Assembly (NCBI GenBank): GCA_963662315.1
Contig: OY759353.1
Span: forward strand, 3,456,001-3,520,000
From: Geopsychrobacteraceae bacterium
Lineage (GTDB): Bacteria > Desulfobacterota > Desulfuromonadia > Desulfuromonadales > Geopsychrobacteraceae
DNA length: 64,000 nucleotides
Direction: 5' to 3'
Position numbers and translations under genes: made by a program. Below, one piece after another: positions 31,301-42,784 of the stretch; the stretch's first letter is position 1; each line of letters begins with the position of its first letter. Under the pieces are notes generated by a model that saw only the letters and a program-made list of their open reading frames with translations, was not told the origin of the DNA and made no database searches.

Positions 31301-31981
31301 GTGAAAGGCTACATAAAGATCGGTTTCCAGTGTGTTGTGGAACGGCTTCAGGTGGCCGTTGACTTTGAGCTCAGAACCGTTGAGCAGCATGAATAACTGG
31401 GGAGTCACATAGCTGTCGGTTTGCTGGGGAATATTACCGATAAAAGGGATGCTTAACGCTAACTGACGGATCTCGTGGTGGGCCGGATTGGCCGTGACCT
31501 GTTCACTGAAGTCAAGGGCGCCGTTGTTTATAATGACGTTGTTCAGGGAAAAAAGAAACGGCTTCTGTTCCGTTGTGTCAGCGTTTTGTGTTGTGCCTTG
31601 GGCGGCCGGAATGAAGTCGGAAAAATTATAGCGACCCTCTGCAATCAGGTTGATGTTGACGTAAGGGTCATCCAGCTCGAAGCGATCAAAAATAAGCGCT
31701 CTTTCAATCACCGACCGGGCACTGAGTGACACCAGCAAGCGGGAAAAGGACACAAACGGCTGATTGCTGTCCGCTTCGCTTAATTCAGCCCCGTTGATTT
31801 CCAGGGTCAGGGTGAACGGGTTGAAGAACACCTTTTCCAGCTTCACGCTGCGGGTGCTATTTTCAGCGATCCAGTTGGTTCCCTGCTTTCTGAGTTGCCA
31901 GGGGACGATCAGCATGGTGAAGAGCAGGAGTGCGAAAATAATGATAACGGTGATGATACTGTATTTGAGCACGCGTGACAT
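28382..31981 (-). CDS. DUF748 / AsmA-like repeat protein with C-terminal OmpA-like domain
   Basis: N-terminal TM, NPFTL, repeated beta-taco units, PYSGTYLGY..KGKL, LPVSLAVALLKN, IAFAPG. Confidence 0.85.
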   Translation of the reverse strand: MSRVLKYSIITVIIIFALLLFTMLIVPWQLRKQGTNWIAENSTRSVKLEKVFFNPFTLTLEINGAELSEADSNQPFVSFSRLLVSLSARSVIERALIFDRFELDDPYVNINLIAEGRYNFSDFIPAAQGTTQNADTTEQKPFLFSLNNVIINNGALDFSEQVTANPAHHEIRQLALSIPFIGNIPQQTDSYVTPQLFMLLNGSELKVNGHLKPFHNTLETDLYVAFHAAQLPFYADTSPVALPVKVLQGSLDFEIELKYIIADDAQPRLTVGGQFAVSDLDIQKPDGSPLFQLPTLLIDLREADIFQQDINLESLEIYEPQLYVNRDQDGQLNLLQLFSATEDSTAEPLSSVPAAPAAQAVPQQNNPPRTLQLLIDTLKLADGQIHFHDDSVTGGHSEDISAISISASNLSTHQDQQADIAVSFTSARNASFNLNGQLGLTPVSADLDVNLNDLPLTPYYPYLENMLTAPLAGKASIWSKVHYTSAGNVTLADGLLSLDNLIVPFNDQDQFSLAALQIRDVSFDLEDKQLRLGNITFKDGDLNVTRLADGSFSPEHLLQPTNPPESSETTPEQHEPTTTEPPWQINLGSLDLVNFAATFQDQSRDRQPIARLKNLAFHMENISYPTAEQSRFSVSFEPGHLGAVHAEGNLVHTPLNLNSTLQVSDIALKDYNGFIPDNLQLTLRSGRVFTNLAINIVQEADTFTGDFSGTTDISNFDLLDRRSYDQLLFWQDLNIKGIRGNLAPFALHLDDVALSNYTANIEIDPEGQINLTTVNDMPTPDQQAPAASVAPAASSEPASDTTSEISINNVTMQGGTVTFTDRHLPSTFTTTMHELGGRVSGLSSDVNMRADVDLRGKLENHSPLTVQGVINPLSRELFADLTISFNDIDLSPMTPYSGTYLGYAIDKGKLYLDLSYTINHQHITASNRVMIDQFTFGDQVKSDKATTLPVSLAVALLKNRDDEIHLNIPVSGNLEDPNFSVAGTIVTVLRNLLVKAATSPFSLLTAALGSGEDFSSIAFAPGTSLLDPEQQKKLGELAEVLLRRPSLTLEISAYADREQDPEAYRKNQLHKHLIAIKQRELEIKNDPQAQAEHLIISAEEYPELLTFAYKEASFPRPRTSLGTLKELPVEEMEKLLLSNILAGDEQLAVLAKERALNVRDTLEVLKPDLKPRLFLKQTDIFKKPDEGVASRVEFGINSK

Positions 31982-32144
31982 GATGACTCTCTCCTGGTCA
32001 AATCAAGAATGTCATTTCAGTTTTTATCTGGTCGCTGAATGAATTGTCCCCGAACTTTTTAGGGGACAACTCATTTTAACACAAAGAAGGGATTGATAAG
32101 GTTAAGGAATTGTTGATTCTCCCTGAATCAGGGATATTTTGAAG

Positions 32145-33215
32145 TTATTCTTTGACATTATTGTACCAAGCGTATTCGCCATAAAGCTTTTCTGCGCATG
32201 TTCTGCACAACCCGTGGCTGAATGTGACACTGGCGTGTTGTTCAACATAGCGTTCGAGCTCATTCCAGTCACCCTGGTCGTCACGAATTTTTCGGCATGA
32301 GGAACAGATCGGAATAATTCCCTGTAGCGTCTTTATTTCACTGAGCGCTGTCTGCAATTCATCGATTAATTTTTCGTTCTGCCGCTGGATCTGTTCCTTC
32401 ATGACAATTTCATGATTCAGTTGCTGATTGGTGCGGCTCAAATCGGTAAAGATCAGCTGATACGGCTGTTCCACCCCGGTCTGCACAATGCAGATATGAA
32501 TCAGGTAAAAAGAAACAATTTTGAAATAATGGCCCACCAGGTTGGAGATACCATAATTACTGATGTAAAAGGTAAAGGCCAGTTCGGAAAAGATGGTGAA
32601 TATTATGGAGCATAGCAGTAATTGGTAGATGCGTGGTTCAAAGTACAGGCGATTTCTACGAATCAGAGCCATGGACAGAATCAGAATTACACAAATGACG
32701 TACTCACTGATTTTTTTGAATGGTGTCAGTCCGCTGCTTTCGATAAAGCAGACCGGAAATATTTTCGCGACAAAAATACTGATAATCAGGGCCGCTGTTA
32801 TGAGCAGGTAGATGCTGAACAAGGAGTAAACGTTGATCTTTCTGCGTTCATTAAAATAGTAAAAAGCGCCGACCAGGGTCAGACTTTCCAGGTACCTGGC
32901 CCCAATCCAGAGTTGATTGGCATAGTAGTCGTAGTCGGTAAAGATGGGCATTCCCTTGTAGGACAAGGTATGCAGCAAATCAAGCAAACCAATAAACAGG
33001 TAGGCAATGCCGATGAACAGTAAATAGGAGTTGTGAATGAAATTGCGTGAGTGCCAGGCAATAATAAAGATCGACATGGCCACGACAATACTGAACAGCT
33101 CGGCTAGCGTATGAAACAGCAGGTAATTGACCCAGCTGGTAAAATAAAGGCCGATCAGCAGAGCTATGAAAATTATGCGGCTGAAATATTTAGATGCCTG
33201 TATGGTGGTGACCAT
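32145..33215 (-). CDS. MASE3 membrane sensor fused to coiled coil and Cys/His-rich putative Zn-binding tail
   Basis: YLLFHTLAELFS, LDLLHTLSYKGM, GLTPFKKISEY; C-terminal IPICSSCRKIRD..W..FSHGLCRTC. Confidence 0.8.
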   Translation of the reverse strand: MVTTIQASKYFSRIIFIALLIGLYFTSWVNYLLFHTLAELFSIVVAMSIFIIAWHSRNFIHNSYLLFIGIAYLFIGLLDLLHTLSYKGMPIFTDYDYYANQLWIGARYLESLTLVGAFYYFNERRKINVYSLFSIYLLITAALIISIFVAKIFPVCFIESSGLTPFKKISEYVICVILILSMALIRRNRLYFEPRIYQLLLCSIIFTIFSELAFTFYISNYGISNLVGHYFKIVSFYLIHICIVQTGVEQPYQLIFTDLSRTNQQLNHEIVMKEQIQRQNEKLIDELQTALSEIKTLQGIIPICSSCRKIRDDQGDWNELERYVEQHASVTFSHGLCRTCAEKLYGEYAWYNNVKE

Positions 33216-33352
33216 GTGCTTCCCTCCTTAATCAACAATTTACAGCACACCCCCCTTCTGTTCTACTCTTACTAATCATTTATTTTGTTTACAGATTATG
33301 TATCGCGTACAAGTTTATTTTCTTTAGTGATTTTTGCCCAGCAGAGACTTCT

Positions 33353-34234
33353 TTAAGAGAGGGTGATTTCTGAACGCAGACGATCAAAGCTGGCGATAAC
33401 ATCGAACAGTTCGGCATCAATGTTGTCCTGCCTCTGGCGCTGATAGGCTCTCTGCAGTTCTTCGAGTTGCTCGCGAATATTCTTTTCAGCGCGCTGCATG
33501 GTGGTCAGGCGACACAGGTTTTCACTGGCAAGGGATTCGGCGCAGCCTCTGAACAGAGTGATAAACAGGTATTCACCGAGCAGGGCGCGCAGAGTGTTAC
33601 CGGCTTCGCCACACAACTCGGGCAGCTGGCCGGTGGGCCAACTATAGCGACTGAGGCGTTGCTCCCAGGCCAGGTCAAGAGGGAGCACCGTTTTGTTATG
33701 TGGCCGGTAACCGCTGCCGTCACTGATCCGGTTATGGCACAGGGTGATACTGAGTTGATCGGGGGTGGCGGTCAGAGCTGATTCCTCCAGCAAAATCTGG
33801 TTGCCCAAGTGACTGATGTTTTCAACTCCAGTAGGCAGCGGATAGCAACGAATGAGTGCCAGATTCCGGGCAGTTAGCTGATCAGCCAGGCGTTCGCCGA
33901 CAACAACAATCTTAAGTTGCGCATAAGCGGGAACGATCTTTTGGACGATGTGTTCGGCAAGCCGATCGTTAAATTGTCCGACCAGCCCCTGGTCAGAGCC
34001 GTAAGCGATCAGATAGGCTTGGCGCGGAGCCGTGCCGTAGCGGGACTGGTGAATCGGCTTAAGGGCCAGGGCCAGTCCCTGTTCGGCATTATGGCTGTAG
34101 CGCTCTAGCGCGGTGACTGCCGCTTCAAACTGGCTGATGCGCGAGGCGGCCAAGGCTTTCATGGTGCGAACCACCCCGGCAAGATCATGGGCGCTGCCGA
34201 TGCGGTGGCGCAGCTCAAGCAGGGAGTCACTCAT
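33353..34234 (-). CDS. atpG: N-ATPase gamma subunit
   Basis: VVRTMKALAA, GSDQGLVGQFN, ESLASEN..RL..MQRA, RQDNIDAEL. Confidence 0.9.
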   Translation of the reverse strand: MSDSLLELRHRIGSAHDLAGVVRTMKALAASRISQFEAAVTALERYSHNAEQGLALALKPIHQSRYGTAPRQAYLIAYGSDQGLVGQFNDRLAEHIVQKIVPAYAQLKIVVVGERLADQLTARNLALIRCYPLPTGVENISHLGNQILLEESALTATPDQLSITLCHNRISDGSGYRPHNKTVLPLDLAWEQRLSRYSWPTGQLPELCGEAGNTLRALLGEYLFITLFRGCAESLASENLCRLTTMQRAEKNIREQLEELQRAYQRQRQDNIDAELFDVIASFDRLRSEITLS

Positions 34235-35756
34235 GTTGGCCTCCGCTATCTGGCAGAACCTGTTGCAGCTGGTTCTTAAGAGCAGTGAGTTCCTCTTCGG
34301 CGATGGTTTTTCCCATAAGGAGCTGCTTGATGAGCCGGTCGTGCCCTTCACTCAGAATTTTTAACAGTGCCTGTTGGGCGAGCGCCATGTGGTCAAAAGG
34401 AATTTCGGCAAACAGGCCTTGCTCCAGGGCCCAGAGGACGGCGAGCTGTTCATGGAGTGGCAGCGGGCGATATTGTGGCTGCTGCAGGCAGCTGCGGATG
34501 CGCTGACCATGCGCGATGGTGCGGCGGGTCTGTTCATCAAGTCGGGTGCCAAAGCGTGAAAATCCTTCAAGTTCTTCAAACTGGGCATAATCAAGCTTTA
34601 AATGACCGGTGACCTCGCGGTAGGCCTTGTTCTGCGCTTTTCCACCGACTCGCGATACTGAACGACCAACATCGACGGCGGGCAGGATGCCGAGTTCAAA
34701 CAGGGTTGGCGCAAGGTAGATCTGACCGTCAGTGATGGAAATCAGGTTGGTCGGAATGTAGGCGGACATGTTCTGCGCTTGGGTTTCGACAATCGGCAGA
34801 GCCGTCAGTGAACCGCCACCGCGATCCTGGCCTAACTGGGTTGAGCGTTCCAGCAGCCGCGAATGGAGGTAGAAAATATCGCCGGGGAAAGCCTCTCGGC
34901 CCGGTGGCCGCCGTAACAGCAGGCACAGCTCCCGGTAGGCTCTCGCATGGTGGGTCAGGTCATCGTAGACAATCAGAACATCGTCCCCTTGCTCCATGAA
35001 GGCTTCGGCAATGCTGGTTGCGGCATAGGGGGCGATATAGGCGAGTCCGGGGGGATCGTTGGCTTCGCTGACCATGATCACGGTGTGCTGCAGGGCATCA
35101 TGCTTGCGCAGTTCGGCGATAACCCGGGCGACGGCAGCTGAACGCTGGCCGATGGCACAGTAGATACAGCGGACGTTCTTGTCCCGCTGGTTGATGATGG
35201 TGTCGATGGCGATGGCAGTTTTACCGATCTGACGATCCCCTAAAATCAGTTGGCGCTGGCCACGTCCGATGGGGATGAGGGCGTCGATCACCTTGATTCC
35301 GGTTTGCAGAGGGACAGTAACCGGAGCCCGGTCCATGATTGCCGGTGCCGGTCGCTCAATGGGCAGGCGGCGTTTTGTTATTAACGCTACGCCATTATCC
35401 AGCACGTGCCCCCGCGGGTTGATCACCCGGCCCAACAGCTCTTCACCAACTGCGATGTCGATAACCCGGCCACTGCGGCGCACTTCACTGCCGGTCATCA
35501 GGTGCTGATAGTTATCAAGCAGGACAACACCGATTTCCTGCTCATCAATATCAAAGGTGATACCGTCCAGGTTGCCAGTGAAGTGGACCAGCTCCTGAGA
35601 GCCGACCCCTGGTAAACCCCTGACCCTGGCGACTCCGGTTGTGACACTGGTGACGTGACCGGTTTCTTCTACCTGTGGTGAAAAGTTTATTTTTGCTTCG
35701 GCCCGTTGGAGGTTGTAACAGGCCTGCTCCAGCCAGTTCTCGGTCGGGGGAGTCAT
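34227..35756 (-). CDS. atpA: N-ATPase alpha subunit
   Basis: GDRQIGKT, YDDLT, RRPPGREAFPGD, PTNLISITDGQ. Confidence 0.95.
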   Translation of the reverse strand: MTPPTENWLEQACYNLQRAEAKINFSPQVEETGHVTSVTTGVARVRGLPGVGSQELVHFTGNLDGITFDIDEQEIGVVLLDNYQHLMTGSEVRRSGRVIDIAVGEELLGRVINPRGHVLDNGVALITKRRLPIERPAPAIMDRAPVTVPLQTGIKVIDALIPIGRGQRQLILGDRQIGKTAIAIDTIINQRDKNVRCIYCAIGQRSAAVARVIAELRKHDALQHTVIMVSEANDPPGLAYIAPYAATSIAEAFMEQGDDVLIVYDDLTHHARAYRELCLLLRRPPGREAFPGDIFYLHSRLLERSTQLGQDRGGGSLTALPIVETQAQNMSAYIPTNLISITDGQIYLAPTLFELGILPAVDVGRSVSRVGGKAQNKAYREVTGHLKLDYAQFEELEGFSRFGTRLDEQTRRTIAHGQRIRSCLQQPQYRPLPLHEQLAVLWALEQGLFAEIPFDHMALAQQALLKILSEGHDRLIKQLLMGKTIAEEELTALKNQLQQVLPDSGGQHE

Positions 35757-36520
35757 GATGGCCCCCTCTGATCGCTATCCTGAGTGGCTAACTGTCGTTG
35801 TAAACGCTCCAAGTGGGACGCCAGCGACCAGGAAAGCTTATGGCCGCAGTGATGGAGTTCGATGCCACAGAGTAGTTCCGAATTGGTTTGATAACGAAAT
35901 TGCGCCGCGCCGGTAATTGCGCTGACAGCGGCTTCGAGCGGTTCTTTTTGGTCGGCTGTCAACGTGCTGGTGGTGACAACCAGATACGCTTCCGGCTCGA
36001 CCGAGGAATCTCCTTTTAACAATTCTATCTGCCGCTCATCCAGCCTGGCAAGGCGCTGGATAAAGGTGGCAATGGCGGCCTGCTGCAGATCGTAGCTGGT
36101 AAGTTCCGTCAGCATGGTATTGAGGGACTGTAACATGGTGTCTTCAGTTTGCTTGCGCAATCTGCTGGTGACAGCCTGCTGTTCAGCGGCCAGTTGCTGC
36201 TGCCATCGGCTACGCAGCTCGGCAATATCCTGGCGCGCCTGGTCGATCAGTTGACGGCGTTCGGCTTCGGCCTGGTTGCGGGCATCCTGCAGCAGTTGTG
36301 TTTGCTGCTCTGCCAGCTGTTGCCGTTGCTGGACGAATTGCCGCTGCTTCGCCAGGGCGGCTTCCTGTTCATTTCTCGCCAATTGCTGCTGATCACGCAG
36401 GCGTTGTTCCCGAGCATCAATGGCCGCCAGCAGTGGCCCGTAAAGGAAGCGTTTGAGCAGCCAGATCAGAATCAGAAAATTGATCAGCTGGGCGATAATG
36501 GTGAAGTTGTCGAGGAGCAT
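35753..36520 (-). CDS. atpF: N-ATPase b subunit (extended, delta-like C-terminus)
   Basis: AQLINFLILIWLLKRFLYGP, coiled coil, LLCGIEL...SWS. Confidence 0.9.
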   Translation of the reverse strand: MLLDNFTIIAQLINFLILIWLLKRFLYGPLLAAIDAREQRLRDQQQLARNEQEAALAKQRQFVQQRQQLAEQQTQLLQDARNQAEAERRQLIDQARQDIAELRSRWQQQLAAEQQAVTSRLRKQTEDTMLQSLNTMLTELTSYDLQQAAIATFIQRLARLDERQIELLKGDSSVEPEAYLVVTTSTLTADQKEPLEAAVSAITGAAQFRYQTNSELLCGIELHHCGHKLSWSLASHLERLQRQLATQDSDQRGPS

Positions 36521-36523
36521 GGT

Positions 36524-36796
36524 CTACCCTCCGCCAAACAGCTGGTTCCAGTAAGGGTTGGCGAATAACAGGATCATGGAGATGACAAAGCAGTAGATCG
36601 CTGTCGATTCAACCATGGCCATGCCGACAAACAGGGTCCGGATCAGGGTTGCCGAAGAATCGGGTTGCTGGGCCAGGGCGATCAGGGCTGAAGCGAGGGC
36701 ACGCCCTTCACCGAGAGCCGCTCCGATGGATCCGATCCCCATGGTCAGACCGGCAGAAAAGATCGAGATCATTGCAATCAGAGTCTGTGAATCCAT
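36524..36796 (-). CDS. atpE: N-ATPase c subunit, Na+-binding type
   Basis: ALGEG, QQPD loop, ESTAIY. Confidence 0.95.
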   Translation of the reverse strand: MDSQTLIAMISIFSAGLTMGIGSIGAALGEGRALASALIALAQQPDSSATLIRTLFVGMAMVESTAIYCFVISMILLFANPYWNQLFGGG

Positions 36797-36821
36797 AAGC
36801 TCTCCTTTTCATGGGGCCGCA

Positions 36822-37493
36822 TTACAGGGGGTGAGCTCGGGTCGCGGCGGAAATATAAACCAGCGCCAGAATAGCAAAAATATACGCCTGAACCATGCCA
36901 GTCAGAAGCCCGAGCAGGGACATCAGGACCGGAAAGATAAGTGGGGTTATCAACAGCAGAATGGCACCGATCATCGCTCCGCTCATCATGTTGCCAAACA
37001 ACCGGACGGCCAGGGCCAGGGTGCGGGTGAATTCACCGATCAGGTTGAAAGGCAGCATGATCCACACCGGCTGCAGGTAGGTTTTCAGGTATTTGCCAAG
37101 CCCCTGGTTGCTGATGCCGTAATAGGGAACCGCGACAAAAACGGCCAGTGCCAATGCTGCTGTGGTCGATAAAGAGGCGGTTGGTGCCCGGTAGCCGGGA
37201 ATAATGACCAACAGGTTGGCCGTGGCAATGAAGATAAACAGTGTACCGATGAAGGGGAGGTAGCGACGAGCCGGTTTGAGACCGCTCTCCTCCAGCTGAA
37301 CAAGCAGGTACAGGACCATAATCTCGAGGATATTCTGCAGTCGGCTATGCCGGTCGCGGGCCTTCAGGCGCCGGGTCAGCAGCCAGGTTCCCATAGCCAG
37401 AAGCAGCATCAATCCCCAGCTGGTGACAATCGTCACATTCAATTTAATCCAGCCGTACTGCCACACAATGAGGGAGTCAGGACTTATATGCAT
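36822..37493 (-). CDS. atpB: N-ATPase a subunit
   Basis: PTASL, LALAVRLFGN, VQAYIF. Confidence 0.95.
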   Translation of the reverse strand: MHISPDSLIVWQYGWIKLNVTIVTSWGLMLLLAMGTWLLTRRLKARDRHSRLQNILEIMVLYLLVQLEESGLKPARRYLPFIGTLFIFIATANLLVIIPGYRAPTASLSTTAALALAVFVAVPYYGISNQGLGKYLKTYLQPVWIMLPFNLIGEFTRTLALAVRLFGNMMSGAMIGAILLLITPLIFPVLMSLLGLLTGMVQAYIFAILALVYISAATRAHPL

Positions 37494-37770
37494 AGACTTT
37501 CCTTTGTGTACGCGGGTTGGTCATGACAAATCTGGCGATCAGAAACCCCGCACCGCACAGTAGCAGATGAAGCGGTGAGGCTGCGCCAACCAGATAGATG
37601 CCGCTGCAGCTGACGACAACGCGCAGCAAAAAGCTGAGACTGAACCATACTCCGGCGTGGGGGCGGTCAAGGCAGTGGCGGACGGTCAGCCATAAGCCGC
37701 CGAAGAAGAACAGGCCAAGCAGGAATCCGGCACTGAGGGGCCAGATGATGTCGCTGAACATACCGATCAT
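37477..37770 (-). CDS. atpR: N-ATPase AtpR subunit
   Basis: GLFFFGGLWLTV, SFLLR, GFLIAR; position in operon. Confidence 0.8.
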   Translation of the reverse strand: MIGMFSDIIWPLSAGFLLGLFFFGGLWLTVRHCLDRPHAGVWFSLSFLLRVVVSCSGIYLVGAASPLHLLLCGAGFLIARFVMTNPRTQRKVYAYKS

Positions 37771-38094
37771 TCTTTGTCCTCCTGTTCATGTTTTTCGATC
37801 TGTTGTTGCTCGTGACGAATCCAGTGCCAGGCCAGCGCGCAGCCGATGGCCAATCCGATCGGCAGCATTACCAGCGTCCAGGAATGATGGTCCTGAATGC
37901 TGCGGTCGAGCCAGATACCGACCACGATGGCGAGCACTGTGGGGATGGCGACTGACCAGCCGACCACGCCGAAAAGGCTGAAGCTGCTCCAGATAGATGG
38001 GCTTGGCTGATGGGCGAGCTTGCTCTTACGCCTGGCTTTGCGGCTGATTTGCTCCCCAAATTGGTCAGAGCGCTGTTTCCCGGAATGCTTTTGA

Positions 38095-38102
<8 letters not shown>
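37767..38102 (-). CDS. atpQ: N-ATPase AtpQ (AtpZ/AtpI family)
   Basis: FGVVGWSVAIPT..GIWLD..SWTL..GC..AWHWI. Confidence 0.8.
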
Positions 38103-39953
<1,851 letters not shown>

Positions 39954-40129
39954 TTAGCGCAAGTGGCTCATTTCTCCAGTCGCGAGGAATTTATAGTGTG
40001 TCGGCGCTGGATGACGGAAGAGGCCTATGCTGACCTGTCTGTCTTTGTGGTTACCGTGTATCGCAAGCTTCCTGCCTGGCTGGTCGTACTCGTTTGTGGC
40101 CTCACCGGGCAGGTTGAGCTGTGATCAAT

Positions 40130-41560
40130 CTAAGCTTCGACCCGGTTACGACCGTTCGTCTTGGCAAGATAGAGGGCCTTGTCCGCCCGTGAAATCAAAT
40201 TGTCAATATTTTCACCTTGTTGTAGCTGTGCGGCGCCGACACTGATGGTCACTTTCAAGGTGGTGTCACCGCGATAGAGGGTCAGGTCCTCAATGCGTTC
40301 GCGAAAGCGCTCCGCCGACGTCCTGGCCTGGTCGATAGAGCAGTTTGACAGTAAAATCAGGAACTCTTCCCCTCCCCAGCGAAACAGTACATCGTCACCA
40401 CGGGTGACTTCATTCAGGGCTCTGGCAACCCCTTGTAAAACCTGATCGCCAGCCGGGTGACCATACGTATCATTGACCTGTTTGAAATGGTCAATATCGA
40501 CGATAAGCAGTGATAACGGTGTCTGGCGGCGCAGGTTTGTTTTATGGGTCTGGTTATAAAGCACTTCAAACATCTGCCGCGATGTAATACCTGTAAGGCG
40601 ATCCGTGGTGGCCATTGTTTCCAACCTTTTCTGGTAATTGCCCAGGGTCATGGCCGCGATAGCGAGGATGATCAGGGTAATGATCAGACTGATGACGATA
40701 TTGACCAGCAGGGTCTGATGCAGGCGCGCTTCGCCGGGAGTCCCGTGTTCCAGAACAATCAGGTACCAGTTGAATTCTTCGACTTTGCGGCTGTTGAAGT
40801 AGACTTTTTGGCCATGCTGTTCAAGGGTCAGGGATGAACTTGGTGAGGTCAGTATCTGGGTGACCAAAGGCTCCAGGCCTTCCATGTCGCGCAGGTTTTT
40901 AGGACCACTGAACCCGTTGCCGATAAGGGTGACCTGCCCCTGACGATCGGTAAAAAAGATGGTTCGGCCATAGCGCTGCTGATAGGTTTCGATGAGGTTC
41001 TTGACCGAAGACACCGCCAGACCGACTCCAATGGTTCCGATGTAATTGCCCAGGTAGTCATAGACTTTGTGGTTGATAAATACCGTCATGTTTAACAGGT
41101 CGGCAGTATCGCGGTCGATATTGATCTGATAATCCGAAATAACCTTTGCCATGTTGAAATACCATTGATCCTGCGGGTCTTCAACTGACACAGTTTTAAG
41201 GATGCCGCTGGAATGATAATACTGATGGCTGTGTTCTGAGACAAAAAAACTGGTGACCGTGGCGTAGCGTTTCTGAATTTCACGCAGGTAGCGAGTCATT
41301 TTATCCGGGTCAGTCTCACCGCCCAGCGCCCAGTCCCGGACAAAAGTGTCATGAGCCATGAGAGATGAAATAAAGATGGGGCGCAGTAAATCCTGCTGAA
41401 TTTCAGAATAAATATTATCGCTGGTCAGGGGGAGGGTATTCGCCGATATTTGTTCAGAAAGAGAGTTCTGAGCGACGAAATAACTGACGATGCTGGTAAA
41501 CAGGAACCCTGTGACAAGCAATACCGTCAGTATCAGCATAAAGCGGTACTTACGATTCAC
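40130..41560 (-). CDS. Membrane-bound Cache-domain diguanylate cyclase
   Basis: Two TM helices with a periplasmic domain; DIDHFK..ND..GH..GD, RGDD I-site, RWGGEEF. Confidence 0.92.
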   Translation of the reverse strand: MNRKYRFMLILTVLLVTGFLFTSIVSYFVAQNSLSEQISANTLPLTSDNIYSEIQQDLLRPIFISSLMAHDTFVRDWALGGETDPDKMTRYLREIQKRYATVTSFFVSEHSHQYYHSSGILKTVSVEDPQDQWYFNMAKVISDYQINIDRDTADLLNMTVFINHKVYDYLGNYIGTIGVGLAVSSVKNLIETYQQRYGRTIFFTDRQGQVTLIGNGFSGPKNLRDMEGLEPLVTQILTSPSSSLTLEQHGQKVYFNSRKVEEFNWYLIVLEHGTPGEARLHQTLLVNIVISLIITLIILAIAAMTLGNYQKRLETMATTDRLTGITSRQMFEVLYNQTHKTNLRRQTPLSLLIVDIDHFKQVNDTYGHPAGDQVLQGVARALNEVTRGDDVLFRWGGEEFLILLSNCSIDQARTSAERFRERIEDLTLYRGDTTLKVTISVGAAQLQQGENIDNLISRADKALYLAKTNGRNRVEA

Positions 41561-41740
41561 GACAGACCTTTATGATGAGGGAATAAGATTGTGAAAATTT
41601 TAATAAAAAATATTTTTGCATAGTAGCAAAAGAGATTGCGCTGATGCTAGTCTCTTTATGGTTTAAAAACATTTTCCAGCAGAAGGTGATCCCGTCTGTT
41701 TTTTGGGCAGGATCGTTACGCTGGTCGCAATGAGGTTTCT

Positions 41741-42784
41741 ATGATCAACGAAATCACGATTCGCACGCCTGATGACTGGCATCTTCATTTTCGAGATGGT
41801 GATATGCTGCCTGAGACGGTTCCGGCAACAGCGCGCTGTTTTGGCAGGGCTATTGTTATGCCGAACCTGGTGCCACCAATAACGTCGGCCGAACTGGCAC
41901 TTGATTATCAGCAGCGGGTGCTGGCGGCCCGCCCTGTTGGCCGTTCATTCTCCCCTTTGATGACCCTATACCTGACCGATCAAACCACCCCTGAGATGAT
42001 TCGCGCTGCAAAGAGGGCCGGTATTGTTGCCGCCAAATTGTATCCGGCGGGCGCAACAACCAATTCGCACTCGGGGGTCACTGCTCTCGAAAATATCGAA
42101 GATGTGCTTACCGAATTGGCTATTCAAGGGATGTTGTTGCTGGTCCATGGGGAGGTTACCCAGACGGAGATCGATATATTTGATCGTGAAAAAGTGTTTG
42201 TTGACACCCAGCTAACACGGATTGTTGCCCGCCATCCTGCCCTCAAGGTGGTCGCCGAGCATATCACGACTGCTGATGCGGCTCGGTTCGTGCTTGACTG
42301 CGGTGCGAATGTCGCCGCTACGATTACTCCACAGCATCTGCTGCTGAACCGCAATGACCTGCTGGTTGGTGGGGTGAGGCCACATAACTATTGTCTGCCG
42401 GTCCTCAAACGCAATACGCATCAACGGGCATTGCAGGATGTGATTGTCAGCGGATCGCGGAAATTCTTTTTGGGCAGTGATTCAGCTCCTCATGAAAAAT
42501 CGCGCAAAGAAAATTCCTGTGGTTGTGCTGGTTGTTACAGTGCCTGGTCGGCTTTGGAACTGTATGCCCAGGCTTTTGATGATCTTGGTGTGCTCGATAA
42601 ACTCGAAGCTTTTGCCAGTGAAAATGGCGCTGATTTCTACGGCCTGCCGCGCAACGAGGGGAGTGTCACTTTGATCCGTAACCGCTGGACTGTACCGGAA
42701 GAGATTATTTTGCCTAATGGCCGGCCGATCGTGCCCTTCTGGGGCGGCCAGGAGGTCATGTGGCAGTTGAAGTCTGAGGCTTAA
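41741..42784 (+). CDS. pyrC: Dihydroorotase, homodimeric (E. coli-type)
   Basis: [42 protein letters not shown]. Confidence 0.95.
   Translation: MINEITIRTPDDWHLHFRDGDMLPETVPATARCFGRAIVMPNLVPPITSAELALDYQQRVLAARPVGRSFSPLMTLYLTDQTTPEMIRAAKRAGIVAAKLYPAGATTNSHSGVTALENIEDVLTELAIQGMLLLVHGEVTQTEIDIFDREKVFVDTQLTRIVARHPALKVVAEHITTADAARFVLDCGANVAATITPQHLLLNRNDLLVGGVRPHNYCLPVLKRNTHQRALQDVIVSGSRKFFLGSDSAPHEKSRKENSCGCAGCYSAWSALELYAQAFDDLGVLDKLEAFASENGADFYGLPRNEGSVTLIRNRWTVPEEIILPNGRPIVPFWGGQEVMWQLKSEA

Noticed and set aside
35215..35265. AtpA Walker A reads GDRQIGKT rather than GDRQTGKT
   Set aside because: Variable position in the non-catalytic subunit; not evidence of inactivation
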